Assembly (NCBI GenBank): GCA_050182055.1
Contig: JBFXCP010000010.1
Coordinates: 42,773 to 106,772, forward strand
Origin: Hyphomonadaceae bacterium
GTDB taxonomy: Bacteria > Pseudomonadota > Alphaproteobacteria > Caulobacterales > Aquidulcibacteraceae
Direction of reading: 5' to 3'
Length of the DNA: 64,000 bases
Of the stretch, positions 37,866 through 47,414 are shown piece after piece (the stretch's first letter is position 1; each line of letters begins with the position of its first letter). The notes under the pieces were generated by a model. It had not been told where the DNA came from, searched no databases, and was given only the letters and a program-made list of their open reading frames with translations. A program made the position numbers and the translations under genes.

Positions 37866-39251
37866 TCAACCCGGCGCGATCATGTTCTCCGGCCGCACGA
37901 TGGCGTCGAAGTCATCGGCGGGGATGCCGTCCTTGATCGCTTCTTCGCGCAGTGTGGTGCCGTTCTTGTGCGCGGTCTTGGCGATCTTGGCGGCGCGGTC
38001 GTAGCCGTATTTCGGCGCGAGCGCGGTTACGAGCATCAGGGAGTTTTCGAGACTGCGCTGAATATTGTCGCGGCGCGGCTCGATGCCGATGACGCAATTG
38101 TCGGTAAAGCTCACCGCGGCGTCAGCCATCAGGCGCACGCTCTGAAGGAAATTGTAGGCCATGACCGGGTTGAACACATTCAGTTCGAAGTGGCCGCTGG
38201 CGCCGGCGAAGGTGATCGCGGCGTGATTGCCGAACACTTGCGTGCAGACCTGCGTCAGCGCCTCGCATTGCGTCGGATTCACCTTGCCGGGCATGATCGA
38301 CGAGCCCGGCTCGTTCTCCGGCAGCATCAGCTCGCCGAGGCCGGAGCGCGGGCCGCTCCCCAGGAAGCGGATGTCGTTGGCGATCTTGAAGAGCGACGCC
38401 GCCACGGTGTTGATGGCGCCGTGGCTGAACACCATCGCGTCGTGCGCGGCGAGCGCTTCGAACTTGTTCGGCGCGGAGGTGAACTTCATCTGCGTGATCG
38501 CGGCGATGCGGTCGGCGACCTTCTCCGCAAAACCGATCGGCGCGTTGAGGCCCGTCCCAACCGCGGTGCCGCCCTGCGCCAGCTGCATGAGCATGGGCAT
38601 TGTCTGCTGGATGCGCGCGATGCCGTTCTCGACTTGCGTGGCGTAGCCGGAGAATTCCTGGCCCAGCGTGATCGGCGTCGCATCCTGCGTGTGGGTGCGG
38701 CCGATCTTGATGATGTCCTTCCAGGCCTGCGCCTTGTCGTTGAGCGCGTTGCGCAGTTTCGAGAGCGCGGGCAGCAGACGGTGCTCGATCTCTTCGGCGC
38801 AGGCGATGTGCATCGCTGTCGGGAAGGTATCGTTCGACGACTGGCTCATGTTCACATGATCGTTCGGGTGGACGGGCTTCTTCGAGCCCATCTCGCCGCC
38901 CAGCATCTCGATGGCGCGGTTCGAGATCACCTCGTTGGCGTTCATGTTCGACTGGGTGCCGGAGCCGGTCTGCCAAACCGCGAGCGGGAAGTGCGCGTTG
39001 AGCTTGCCTTCGATCACTTCCTGAGCGGCCTTCACGATCGGCTCGCCGATCTCCGGCTTCAGCACGCCAAGCGCCATGTTGGCTTCCGCCGCAGCGCGCT
39101 TGACGATCCCAAGCGCCCGCACGATCGGGGCCGGCATTTTCTCCTCGCCGATCCTGAAATTCTGTAGCGAGCGCTGCGCCTGGGCGCCCCAGTACTTGTC
39201 GGCCTCGACCTGGATCGGGCCAAACGTATCCGTCTCGGTGCGGGTTTTCAT
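37866..39251 (-). CDS. fumC: class II fumarate hydratase
   Basis: [28 protein letters not shown] start and the [16 protein letters not shown] signature. Start at ATG 39251 within the longer track ORF. Confidence 0.96.
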   Translation of the reverse strand: MKTRTETDTFGPIQVEADKYWGAQAQRSLQNFRIGEEKMPAPIVRALGIVKRAAAEANMALGVLKPEIGEPIVKAAQEVIEGKLNAHFPLAVWQTGSGTQSNMNANEVISNRAIEMLGGEMGSKKPVHPNDHVNMSQSSNDTFPTAMHIACAEEIEHRLLPALSKLRNALNDKAQAWKDIIKIGRTHTQDATPITLGQEFSGYATQVENGIARIQQTMPMLMQLAQGGTAVGTGLNAPIGFAEKVADRIAAITQMKFTSAPNKFEALAAHDAMVFSHGAINTVAASLFKIANDIRFLGSGPRSGLGELMLPENEPGSSIMPGKVNPTQCEALTQVCTQVFGNHAAITFAGASGHFELNVFNPVMAYNFLQSVRLMADAAVSFTDNCVIGIEPRRDNIQRSLENSLMLVTALAPKYGYDRAAKIAKTAHKNGTTLREEAIKDGIPADDFDAIVRPENMIAPG

Positions 39252-39327
39252 GGATGCTCGCTTGAGGAATCTGCTGCCGCAGGGGATATGGGCGCCGGTT
39301 GTGGCGATCAAGCCGGAAGGTGGGCGA

Positions 39328-39696
39328 ATGGCGGGGGAGTGGTCCGGCCGCGGCAAGGTGCGGGCCCGCGAGATCGCCGGCGGCGTCGAGATCGCCATCG
39401 ACGGCGTCACGACGCAGGCGCGCTACTACAAGCCGCTGGTCTACGAGTTTTTCCGCAAGGAGTTCGCCATCCGCCCGGGCTGGGGCGAGTACGAGGTCGA
39501 CCTCGTCATGGAGTACGCGGGCGAAATCCCGCGTCTCGATCTGGATAACCTCGCCAAGGCGCTGCTCGACGCGCTCAAGGGCCACGTCTTTTTCGACGAC
39601 AGCCAGATCGCGCGCCTCGTCTGCGAGCGCAGGGCGGGCGAGCGCGACCGGATCGGCGTATTAGCCCGGCGGCGCGCGGCTACTGCGCCGGGGTGA
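39328..39696 (+). CDS. rusA: RusA-family Holliday junction resolvase
   Basis: [29 protein letters not shown] is the RusA catalytic Asp motif. About 122 aa. GGAAGGTGGG RBS lies before ATG 39328. Confidence 0.7.
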   Translation: MAGEWSGRGKVRAREIAGGVEIAIDGVTTQARYYKPLVYEFFRKEFAIRPGWGEYEVDLVMEYAGEIPRLDLDNLAKALLDALKGHVFFDDSQIARLVCERRAGERDRIGVLARRRAATAPG

Positions 39697-40153
39697 CTGT
39701 CACGCTGGTGGACGTGGCGTTCGGCGTGGTGACGATCAGGTACTCTTCGAGCGTGCCGATTTGACCGTTCGACTGGTCCATCCAGTTGCGGCTGATCTTG
39801 AGGACAACCTCGTTGCCGCGATCCTCGTGCACGCTCCACGAATTGAAGTCGCCGATCTGAAACACGCGCCACGCCACATCCGGCGCTTCGCCGTAGACGG
39901 CGATGTAGGTGTAGAGCCCGTTCATGGCGGGGTCGCCGCCGACGGTGGAGAAGATCTTCGCGCCGCTCTGCAGCTGCGCCACATCCGAGACGCTGGCCGC
40001 GTGCTGGATTTGATCGCCCTCGGCCAGCGCGACGGTCTGCGGCGGCCCGGACGGGGCTACGGCTTCCGCCGTGGTGGTTGCGGATTCGCCGCTTTTGCCG
40101 TCGCCGCCGCACGCCGCGAGCGCCAGGGCCGCAACTAGAACCAAACTGCGCAT
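39680..40153 (-). CDS. lipoprotein, unknown function
   Basis: MRSLVLVAALALAACGG lipobox, 157 aa. Confidence 0.6.
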   Translation of the reverse strand: MRSLVLVAALALAACGGDGKSGESATTTAEAVAPSGPPQTVALAEGDQIQHAASVSDVAQLQSGAKIFSTVGGDPAMNGLYTYIAVYGEAPDVAWRVFQIGDFNSWSVHEDRGNEVVLKISRNWMDQSNGQIGTLEEYLIVTTPNATSTSVTVTPAQ

Positions 40154-40268
40154 GTTCCCCTCCCAAAACCGCGGCGGCGACACTGCGGCATGTGCGGGCG
40201 CGCCGCAACTCTCAAACGAAACGCCCGCCGAAGGGCGGGCGTTCATGCAGCTGATGTGCGCGTAAAGC

Positions 40269-40763
40269 TTATTTCTTCCGGAATGCGTCCAGACTGACCA
40301 CCGAATTGTCGCTCGCCGCGGGCGCCTCCTGCGGCGGGGTGGCGACCAGCGTCGGCGCCGGGTGTCCGGAATCGTCGCCCGACGCCATGCGCGCTTCGTC
40401 GACGTGGTGCTGCTCGAACTGCAGACCGAACTTCACGCTGGGATCGAAGAAGCGTGTCACCGCCGCGAGCGGAATGGTGATCGGGTGCGGCTGGCCGGAG
40501 AATTTCAGGATGACGCGGAAGCGATCGGGAAAAACTTCGAGGTCCCAAAACTGGTGCTCGAGCACGATCGTCATCTCGTCGGGATAGCGCGTGCGCAGAT
40601 GTTCGGGGATGATCACGCCCGGCGCGTGCGTGCGGAACGTGATGTAGAAGTGGTGCTTGCCGGGAAGGCCGCGCGGATTGGCCGCCTCTTGCAGCGCCTG
40701 GCGCACAACCGTGCGCAGCGCATCCTGCATCAGCTGCTCATATCCGATCATGTCGTCGGCCAC
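40269..40763 (-). CDS. sspB: ClpXP adaptor SspB (alpha-proteobacterial type)
   Basis: YEQLMQDALRTVVRQALQEAA...HHFYITFRTHAPGVIIPEHLRTRYPDEMTIVLEHQFWDLEV matches the SspB fold signature. C-terminal tail ends in a basic ClpX-binding-like peptide (LDAFRKK). Confidence 0.8.
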   Translation of the reverse strand: MADDMIGYEQLMQDALRTVVRQALQEAANPRGLPGKHHFYITFRTHAPGVIIPEHLRTRYPDEMTIVLEHQFWDLEVFPDRFRVILKFSGQPHPITIPLAAVTRFFDPSVKFGLQFEQHHVDEARMASGDDSGHPAPTLVATPPQEAPAASDNSVVSLDAFRKK

Positions 40764-41084
40764 GGCCGCTCCCCCTTGGCTTCCGGGCTCACCCTTACCG
40801 GCTCATTCCGGGCAGTCAATTGTTGATCCACAAGGCGCGAAAACACCAATCTTTCCAACGTCACGAGGCGAAACGTTTGCGACGAATAACGGGGCGCGCG
40901 AAAGCTGCGGCGCAGCACGCAACGAGGCGCGCGGCTTCGCGCATTGCGCGAGCGGGCGATCGCGGAACTCGCCAAATGTTTGCGACGAAACAAGAAAACC
41001 GATGCGACCCACGCGCGATGCGCGCAATGCGCGGCCAACGAGGCGCCTGCGACTCGCGTGCGGCGCAAATCTGTTCGCAAGCGC

Positions 41085-41470
41085 GGGGAGAGAATCCCCG
41101 GCTTCTGTTGCCGGGCGCCGGGGGGCCCCGCCTCGTGATGCTACTCAGGAGGACTTAGGTTCGGAAAACTCCGCACTGCTTACGCAGCGAGGGCGAATTC
41201 CTCAGCGTTGTTGTCATTCGCAACTATGCTGTTTGGCCTGTGACGGGACCACCCGAGCAAAAGCAGCAGCCTTCAACGTCCGTCGATCCTATTTCGGCCC
41301 CTTCAGGAGACAGAAGCCAGAAATCAGAAACCAGAAAGCGCACTTCTGACTTCTGGGTTCTGCCTTCCGGCGCCTGGTGGAGCCGCCGGGCATCGCACCC
41401 GGGTCCGATCCGCCTATCTCTGCGCGTTTATCGCCATAGTCCGGAGCAAGCCCCGGACGAGTCGGAATAT
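41085..41470 (-). ncRNA. ssrA: two-piece (circularly permuted) tmRNA gene; outer boundaries approximate
   Basis: On the minus strand the T-arm and 3' end read GGACCCGGGTGCGATGCCCGGCGGCTCCACCA, ending at 41375. A 73-nt hairpin-forming intervening segment spans 41302-41374. The coding piece starts GGGGCCGAAATAGGATCGACGG at 41301. The acceptor stem GGGGCCG/CGGCUCC keeps the G3-U pair. The tag ORF GCG AAT GAC AAC AAC GCT GAG GAA TTC GCC CTC GCT GCG TAA (41180-41221) encodes ANDNNAEEFALAA. Confidence 0.85.
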
Positions 41471-41556
41471 AGGGGCGCAGAGCCGGCGTTGGAAGCTTCC
41501 CTCGCAAGCGCGGCGACTCGGGCTATCCCGAGGCGGGGTTCCAGCGGAGACCGCCC

Positions 41557-42267
41557 ATGCTCAAGAAATTTGCGGCCGAGTTCGTCGGCACGTTCGCGTT
41601 GGTGCTGATCGGCTGCGGCGCCGCTGTGCTCGCCGGTTTCGGCGCGATCGGCCAGGAGGGGATCTCCTGGGCGTTCGGCCTGGCCATCGTCGCCATGGCC
41701 TACGGCATCGGTCAGGTCTCCGGTTGCCACATCAATCCGGCGGTGAGTTTTGGCGTCTGGTCCGCCGGCCGCATGAACACGCGCGACATGCTGGTGTACT
41801 GGCTGGCGCAATGCGCGGGCGCCATTGTCGGCGCGGGCGTGCTCTATCTGATTGCGTCCGGCGCGCCGGCCTATGAGATTGCCAACGGCCTCGGCCAAAA
41901 CGGCTACGGCCTGCGCAACCCCGTGACTGAACAAGGATCGCCGGGCGACTACAGCCTGATCGCCTGCGCCGTGTTCGAGGTGGTGGCGACGTTCCTCTTC
42001 GTCGTCACCATTCTCGGCGTCACCCAGCGCGGCGCCCCCAACCATCTCGCGGGCCTGGCCATTGGGCTGACGCTGACCGCGATCCATATTGTCGGCATCA
42101 AGGTGACTGGCGTATCGGTGAACCCGGCCCGCTCGCTTGGACCGGCGGTTTGGGTGCAGGGCGGGGCGCTGGCGCAGCTGTGGCTGTTCATCGTCGCGCC
42201 GATGGCGGGAGCATTGCTGGCTGGATGGGCCTTCAGGACCAACTTGCTGAGTGGCGAGGACGCCTAA
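41557..42267 (+). CDS. aqpZ: aquaporin Z (MIP family)
   Basis: Two NPA boxes (HINPAVS, VNPARS). 236 aa, six TM spans. Confidence 0.93.
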   Translation: MLKKFAAEFVGTFALVLIGCGAAVLAGFGAIGQEGISWAFGLAIVAMAYGIGQVSGCHINPAVSFGVWSAGRMNTRDMLVYWLAQCAGAIVGAGVLYLIASGAPAYEIANGLGQNGYGLRNPVTEQGSPGDYSLIACAVFEVVATFLFVVTILGVTQRGAPNHLAGLAIGLTLTAIHIVGIKVTGVSVNPARSLGPAVWVQGGALAQLWLFIVAPMAGALLAGWAFRTNLLSGEDA

Positions 42268-42299
42268 CGCGCGGCTTCGATCAGGCGCGCCAGTATGTT

Positions 42300-42995
42300 G
42301 TGCAGAACGCCCCGGAATGGGGCCGCCAAGTGCGCCGCCGCCCTGCGTCGAGCGGCGCCGCCGCGTTCGCGGTGCTGGTGTTGGCGTATCTCTACATGCC
42401 GATCCCGGCGCCCAGCGCCGCCGAGCCTGCGCCGGGCGATTGCGTGCAGCTGCACATGTGGTCGAACGGCTACCACAGCGACATCGGCGCGCCGGCCGAC
42501 ATCTTTCCGGCCGATCATCCGCTGCGCCGACTCTACCCCGAAGCCCGCACGCTGTTGATCGGCTGGGGCGATGAGCGGTTCTACTTCTCGGAGGGCTCCG
42601 ATCTTTGGCTCGGCCTCGACGCGCTCATTCCACCGAGCCCCAGCGTCATGCATGTCGCCTTCAACGCCGAGAGCTCGGCGCACTATCTGGGCCCGAACGA
42701 TGACACCCAGATCGCGATCTCGCACGAGGGCGCGGCGCGCTTCGTCGACTACGTGACGCGCGCCTTAGTGCTCGACGAGGCGGGCGCGGTGATCGTGACG
42801 TCGCCGGGCAAGGTGATCGGCCATTCGTCCTTCCTGCGCACGCGCGGTTCGTTCCATCTGTTCAACGTCTGCAATCAGTGGATGGCGCGCGCGCTGCGGG
42901 CGGCCGGGGTCGACGTCAACGCCCGCGGCGCCTGGCTGGCGGGCGGCCTCATCCGCCAGGTGCGGCGCGAAAGCCGCGCGGCCTGCCCAGCGTAG
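42300..42995 (+). CDS. DUF2459-like membrane-anchored protein
   Basis: N-terminal anchor [13 protein letters not shown], then [17 protein letters not shown] and [14 protein letters not shown]. Family recalled from memory. Start guessed at GTG 42300. Confidence 0.55.
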   Translation: MQNAPEWGRQVRRRPASSGAAAFAVLVLAYLYMPIPAPSAAEPAPGDCVQLHMWSNGYHSDIGAPADIFPADHPLRRLYPEARTLLIGWGDERFYFSEGSDLWLGLDALIPPSPSVMHVAFNAESSAHYLGPNDDTQIAISHEGAARFVDYVTRALVLDEAGAVIVTSPGKVIGHSSFLRTRGSFHLFNVCNQWMARALRAAGVDVNARGAWLAGGLIRQVRRESRAACPA

Positions 42996-43036
42996 CGGTA
43001 GGAAATAGCGCCGAGTCAGCACATATACAGGGCGAA

Positions 43037-43879
43037 ATGAGCGCTCAACCCGCCCCAGCGTCCTCAGCCCCCCCGAGCCAAGCCGATATTGCCTATCTCG
43101 GCTTGCTGCAGGACATCCTCGACAACGGCGTCGACCGCGGCGACCGCACCGGCACGGGCACGCGCGGCGTCTTCGGCCGCCAGCTCCGCTTCGATTTGAG
43201 CGCCGGCTTCCCGCTGCTGACGACGAAGAAGGTGCATCTGAAAAGCATCATCCTCGAACTGCTCTGGTTCCTGCGCGGCGATAGCAACGTGCGTTGGCTG
43301 CAGGAGCAGGGCGTCACGATCTGGGACGAATGGGCCAACGAGCAGGGCGAGCTTGGCCCGGTCTACGGCAAACAATGGCGCTCGTGGGAGGCGAAGGACG
43401 GGCGCGTCATCGATCAGATCGGCAACGTCGTCGCCGCCATCAAGACCAACCCGAACTCACGTCGCCACATCGTGTCGGCCTGGAATCCGGCCGAGGTCGA
43501 TCAGATGGCGCTGCCGCCGTGCCATTGCCTGTTTCAGTTTTTCGTGGCTGACGGGAAGCTCAGTTGCCAACTCTACCAACGCAGCGCCGATGTTTTTCTG
43601 GGCGTGCCGTTCAACATCGCCTCTTATGCCTTGCTCACGCAAATGATGGCGCAAGTGACGGGGCTGCAACCCGGCGAATTCGTCCACACCTTCGGCGACG
43701 CGCACTTGTATCACAACCACTTCGACCAAGCGCGCTTGCAACTCACCCGCACGCCATACCCGCCGCCGACGATGCTGATCAATCCAGAGCGGACGGACAT
43801 CTTCGCGTTCGAGTACAGCGATTTCAAACTCGAAGGCTATCAGGCGCATCCGACGATCAAGGCGCCGATCGCAGTTTAA
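43037..43879 (+). CDS. thyA: thymidylate synthase
   Basis: [22 protein letters not shown] (catalytic Cys) and DAHLYHNH motifs. Confidence 0.96.
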   Translation: MSAQPAPASSAPPSQADIAYLGLLQDILDNGVDRGDRTGTGTRGVFGRQLRFDLSAGFPLLTTKKVHLKSIILELLWFLRGDSNVRWLQEQGVTIWDEWANEQGELGPVYGKQWRSWEAKDGRVIDQIGNVVAAIKTNPNSRRHIVSAWNPAEVDQMALPPCHCLFQFFVADGKLSCQLYQRSADVFLGVPFNIASYALLTQMMAQVTGLQPGEFVHTFGDAHLYHNHFDQARLQLTRTPYPPPTMLINPERTDIFAFEYSDFKLEGYQAHPTIKAPIAV

Positions 43880-43885
43880 TGCCCG

Positions 43886-44506
43886 CTACTCCCGTTCCGG
43901 CGGGCCGCACCAACCGTCGGCGCACTCGAAGTCTCCGTTCCCCCAGCCCGTGCGCCCGTCCGCGAGTCGAAACTGGGTCCACTCGCCAGTAATGGCGCCG
44001 GGCGGGAGCGGCAAAGGCTCGTCCCACGTGATCGGTTCGTTTTCATCGCCCTCGGCCCAGGCCGAATCGAAGGTCTGGCCGCGACGCCAGATGCTGTAGG
44101 TGCCTTCGCCCAGAGGTTCGAGCATATAGACGACGTCGCCCGCTTCCAGTCGGCCCAGGTCGCGATAATCCACGTCTTCCGTTACGACGCCGCGGCGCGG
44201 CGCGAAGCGCAACTGCCCGCCGATCGGCCAGGCCAGATCGCCCGTTGCGACTGTCGCGACAACAGGGGAGGCCGGATCAGGGCGCTCGCGCAGTACGCTC
44301 GGCGCTGTCGCGCGCCATGGCTCGTCGGTGCAGCCAAACTCGCTGCCGATGCAGATGCCGTGAGCCACGTAGACGCCATTCTCAAGCGGCGGCAGTTCAT
44401 TCGACGCGGCGGCGCTTGGTGCGGGAACTCCTCCAAAGTGCTGAGCGCAACCGGCGGCCAGGAGCATCATTGCCGCAATGAACGTCTGCGAAACGTGCTG
44501 GCGCAT
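43886..44506 (-). CDS. lipoprotein, unknown function
   Basis: MRQHVSQTFIAAMMLLAAGCA lipobox. Cys-rich, 206 aa. Confidence 0.6.
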   Translation of the reverse strand: MRQHVSQTFIAAMMLLAAGCAQHFGGVPAPSAAASNELPPLENGVYVAHGICIGSEFGCTDEPWRATAPSVLRERPDPASPVVATVATGDLAWPIGGQLRFAPRRGVVTEDVDYRDLGRLEAGDVVYMLEPLGEGTYSIWRRGQTFDSAWAEGDENEPITWDEPLPLPPGAITGEWTQFRLADGRTGWGNGDFECADGWCGPPERE

Positions 44507-44543
44507 GGCTTTCCCCTCGCCGCAAAGGCATACGATTGCTTGC

Positions 44544-45212
44544 ATGAAACCCCGCGCACTTCTAGCCGCAGCGCAGATTCCAGGCGGCGGTGAACTGCGC
44601 CTCTACAGGCGCGACGGGGATTTCATCATTGCGCTCGGCGGCAACGAGTTGATGTCGAGCCGTTTGAGCGGTTCGGAGGAGGCGCTGGCGCTCCTGACGT
44701 GCGACCGGCTGCACAACAAGGACGCGCCGCACGTGCTCATCGGCGGTTACGGTATGGGCTTCACCCTCCGCGCCGCGCTGGCGCGCCTCGGGCCGCATGC
44801 GCGCTGCACGGTGGTTGAGCTTGTGCCGGAGATCATCGACTGGGCGCGCGGGCCGATGGCAGACCTGAGTGCGGGATGCCTTGGCGATCCGCGGGTCGAC
44901 CTCGTCATCCGCGACGTCGCCCGCGCCATCGCCGCCGCCGAGCGCGGCTACGAGGCCATCTTGCTCGATGTCGACAACGGCCCCGACGGCCTCACCCGCG
45001 CCGACAACGATCACATCTATTCCATGCCCGGATTGCAGGACGCGAAGCGCGCGCTGAAGCCTGGCGGCGTGTTGGCGATCTGGTCCGCGGCGCCCGATGA
45101 GCGTTTCACGCGCCGCTTGAAGCACGCGGGATTTCAGGTTGAGCAAGTGATGGTCCGCGCCGGGCGCGGCGGCAAAGGCGCCCGGCACATTATTTGGTTC
45201 GCGCGGGCCTAG
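44544..45212 (+). CDS. spermidine-synthase-like SAM-dependent transferase
   Basis: VLIGGYGMGFTLRAAL and ILLDVDNGPDGL, followed by LKPGGVLAIWS. Spermine/spermidine synthase-like pattern. Confidence 0.7.
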   Translation: MKPRALLAAAQIPGGGELRLYRRDGDFIIALGGNELMSSRLSGSEEALALLTCDRLHNKDAPHVLIGGYGMGFTLRAALARLGPHARCTVVELVPEIIDWARGPMADLSAGCLGDPRVDLVIRDVARAIAAAERGYEAILLDVDNGPDGLTRADNDHIYSMPGLQDAKRALKPGGVLAIWSAAPDERFTRRLKHAGFQVEQVMVRAGRGGKGARHIIWFARA

Positions 45213-45247
45213 ATGACGGGCGTGGCCGCCAACGCTAAGACGACGCC

Positions 45248-45754
45248 GTGAGTCCAAAATTGACCCTTGTCGTCGCCGTGGCCCGCAATGGCGTGATCGG
45301 CCGCAATGGCGCGCTGCCGTGGCGGCTTTCCTCCGACATGAAGCGCTTCAAGGCCGTCACCATGGGCAAGCCGGTGCTAATGGGGCGCAAGACCTGGGAG
45401 TCGCTGCCGCGCAAGCCGCTGCCGGGGCGTCAAAACTTGATCCTCACGCGCGACGCCGGCTTCTGCGCGGACGGCGCTTGGGCCTTCACGGATTTGGCGG
45501 CGATGATCGCCGCCGGCCGGGCGATGGCGGCGGAGTCGGGTGCGGGCGAGGTGTGCGTCATCGGCGGCGCGCAGCTCTACGAAGCCGTGCTTGCGCTGGC
45601 GAACCGCATCGTCCTCACCGACGTCAATCTCGAGCCGGAGGGCGACGCGTATTTGCGGCTTGATCTCTCGCAGTGGCGCGACGTCAGCCGTGAAGACGTT
45701 GCGGCAGGACCGAACGACGATGCGGATTTCGTCGTGCGGGTGCTGGAGCGTTAG
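45248..45754 (+). CDS. folA: dihydrofolate reductase
   Basis: LVVAVARNGVIGRNGALPWRLSSDMKRFKAVTMGKPVLMGRKTWESLP. Confidence 0.93.
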   Translation: MSPKLTLVVAVARNGVIGRNGALPWRLSSDMKRFKAVTMGKPVLMGRKTWESLPRKPLPGRQNLILTRDAGFCADGAWAFTDLAAMIAAGRAMAAESGAGEVCVIGGAQLYEAVLALANRIVLTDVNLEPEGDAYLRLDLSQWRDVSREDVAAGPNDDADFVVRVLER

Positions 45755-45795
45755 GCTGCAGTTTCATTCCGCACGCGCGCCGCTAAGGTGCGGGA

Positions 45796-46707
45796 ATGAG
45801 CGAAATAGAAATCGTCGCCGAGGGGCTGCAGTTTCCTGAGGGCCCCGTGGTCATGCCGGACGGCAGCGTGATCTTGGTCGAGATCAAGCGCCAGACGTTG
45901 ACGCGGGTGTGGAAGGGGCGGAGCGAAGTCATCGCCCACCTGGGCGGCGGCCCAAACGGCGCAGCGTTCGGGCCGGATGGCGCCATCTACGTCACCAACA
46001 ATGGCGGCTTCGCGTGGCATGAAGCGAACGGACTGACCATCCCCGGTCACGCCGCGAAGGACTACACAACCGGCCGCATCGAGCGCGTCGATCTCTCCAC
46101 GGGCAAGTTCGAGCGCCTCTACGACCGTGTTGGCGAGCACAGCCTGCGCGGCCCGAACGATCTTGTGTTCGACCGCGGCGGCGGCTTCTGGTTCACCGAC
46201 CTTGGCAAGACTTTCGCCCGCTCCAAGGATCGCGGCGGTCTCTACTATGCGCGCCCGGACGGCTCGTCGCTGAAGGAGGCGGCGTATGGGTTTGTAGGGC
46301 TGAACGGCGTCGGTCTCTCGCCGGATGAGAAGGTCGTTTACGCGGCCGAGACCGAAACCGCGAAGCTGTGGGCGTTCGACATCACGGGCGAAGGCGCGGT
46401 CGCGCCGGGCGCGCTCGGCCTCTCTGGCCGGCAGATCGTGGCGCAGACGATGCTGGTCTATTTCGACAGCCTCGCCGTGCAAGCCAATGGCGACGTGTGT
46501 ATCGCCACCATCCTGAACGGCGGCATCACCACGATTACGCCGGCCGGGGTATCGACGCACACGCCGTTTCCAGATCCGCTGGTGACAAACATCGCGTTCG
46601 GCGGCGCCGACATGCGCGACGCGTACGTAACGCTCTCCGGCACCGGCAAGCTCGTGAAGACGCGCTGGCCGCACGCCGGGCTCAAGCTCAATTTCAATCC
46701 GTACTGA
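45796..46707 (+). CDS. SMP-30/gluconolactonase/LRE-family protein
   Basis: EGLQFPEGPV start and PNDLVFD, six-bladed propeller pattern. 303 aa. Confidence 0.85.
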   Translation: MSEIEIVAEGLQFPEGPVVMPDGSVILVEIKRQTLTRVWKGRSEVIAHLGGGPNGAAFGPDGAIYVTNNGGFAWHEANGLTIPGHAAKDYTTGRIERVDLSTGKFERLYDRVGEHSLRGPNDLVFDRGGGFWFTDLGKTFARSKDRGGLYYARPDGSSLKEAAYGFVGLNGVGLSPDEKVVYAAETETAKLWAFDITGEGAVAPGALGLSGRQIVAQTMLVYFDSLAVQANGDVCIATILNGGITTITPAGVSTHTPFPDPLVTNIAFGGADMRDAYVTLSGTGKLVKTRWPHAGLKLNFNPY

Positions 46708-46715
46708 GGCGATCC

Positions 46716-47348
46716 ATGTCCATCATTGTCCACCATCTCGAAGAGTCGCGCTCGCAGCGGGTGCTTTGGCTTCTGGAGGAACTGGAGCTCGACTACGAGG
46801 TGCGCCGCTATGCGCGCAATCCGCAGACGCGGCTCGCGCCGCCGGAGCTGAAGGCGATCCACCCTCTCGGCAAATCGCCGATGATCGAGCGCGACGGACG
46901 CGTTTTCGCCGAGAGCGGCGCGATCGTCGAGTATCTGGCGGAGCGGGAGGCGGGCGGGAGGCTCGCCGTGGCGCAGACCGATCCGCTGCGGGCGGAGTAT
47001 CTCTATTGGCTGCACTTCTCCGAAGGCTCGGCGATGCTGCCGCTTCTGCTGAAGCTCTACGTCGGTCTGCTCGGCGAGGCCGGCGCGCCGTTGATGCAGA
47101 TGCGGATCGAGCCGGAGATCGACAATCACCTCGGACACGCCAACGCGGCGCTCGGCGCCAGCGACCACTTCGTCGGCGATCGTTTCACCGCCGCCGATGT
47201 CCAGATGAGCTTTGTGCTCGACGCGGCCGCACAGCGCGGCGGTCTGGAGCGGTATCCCAACCTCGTGCGCGCGCGCAACGCGCAGCAGGCGCGGCCGGCG
47301 TATCGGCGCGCCCTGGAAAAGGGCGGCCCCTACAAGATGGGTCAGTAG
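46716..47348 (+). CDS. glutathione S-transferase
   Basis: SRSQRVLWLLEELELDYEV...HPLGKSPMIERDG...ESGAIVEYL thioredoxin-like GST N domain. Confidence 0.88.
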   Translation: MSIIVHHLEESRSQRVLWLLEELELDYEVRRYARNPQTRLAPPELKAIHPLGKSPMIERDGRVFAESGAIVEYLAEREAGGRLAVAQTDPLRAEYLYWLHFSEGSAMLPLLLKLYVGLLGEAGAPLMQMRIEPEIDNHLGHANAALGASDHFVGDRFTAADVQMSFVLDAAAQRGGLERYPNLVRARNAQQARPAYRRALEKGGPYKMGQ

Positions 47349-47414
47349 GGCGTAGTGCGCAGCCGGTAGGAGGGGCCTATTGACTACTGACTATTGACTC
47401 CAGACTAAGAGCGC

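Noticed and set aside
39250-39327. Alternative upstream start (ATG 39250) for the rusA-like gene
   Set aside because: It would overlap the fumC start codon on the opposite strand and add 26 residues not needed for the RusA fold. ATG 39328 has a purine-rich RBS and gives the canonical ~120-aa length.
40824-40832. TGATCCACA, an exact match to the Caulobacter-type DnaA G-box, about 60 nt upstream of sspB
   Set aside because: A single 9-mer. I estimate roughly 0.2-0.5 chance occurrences on both strands of 64 kb. There is no cluster of boxes, no AT-rich unwinding element and no hemE/dnaA context, so it is not an origin and is at best a speculative regulatory site.
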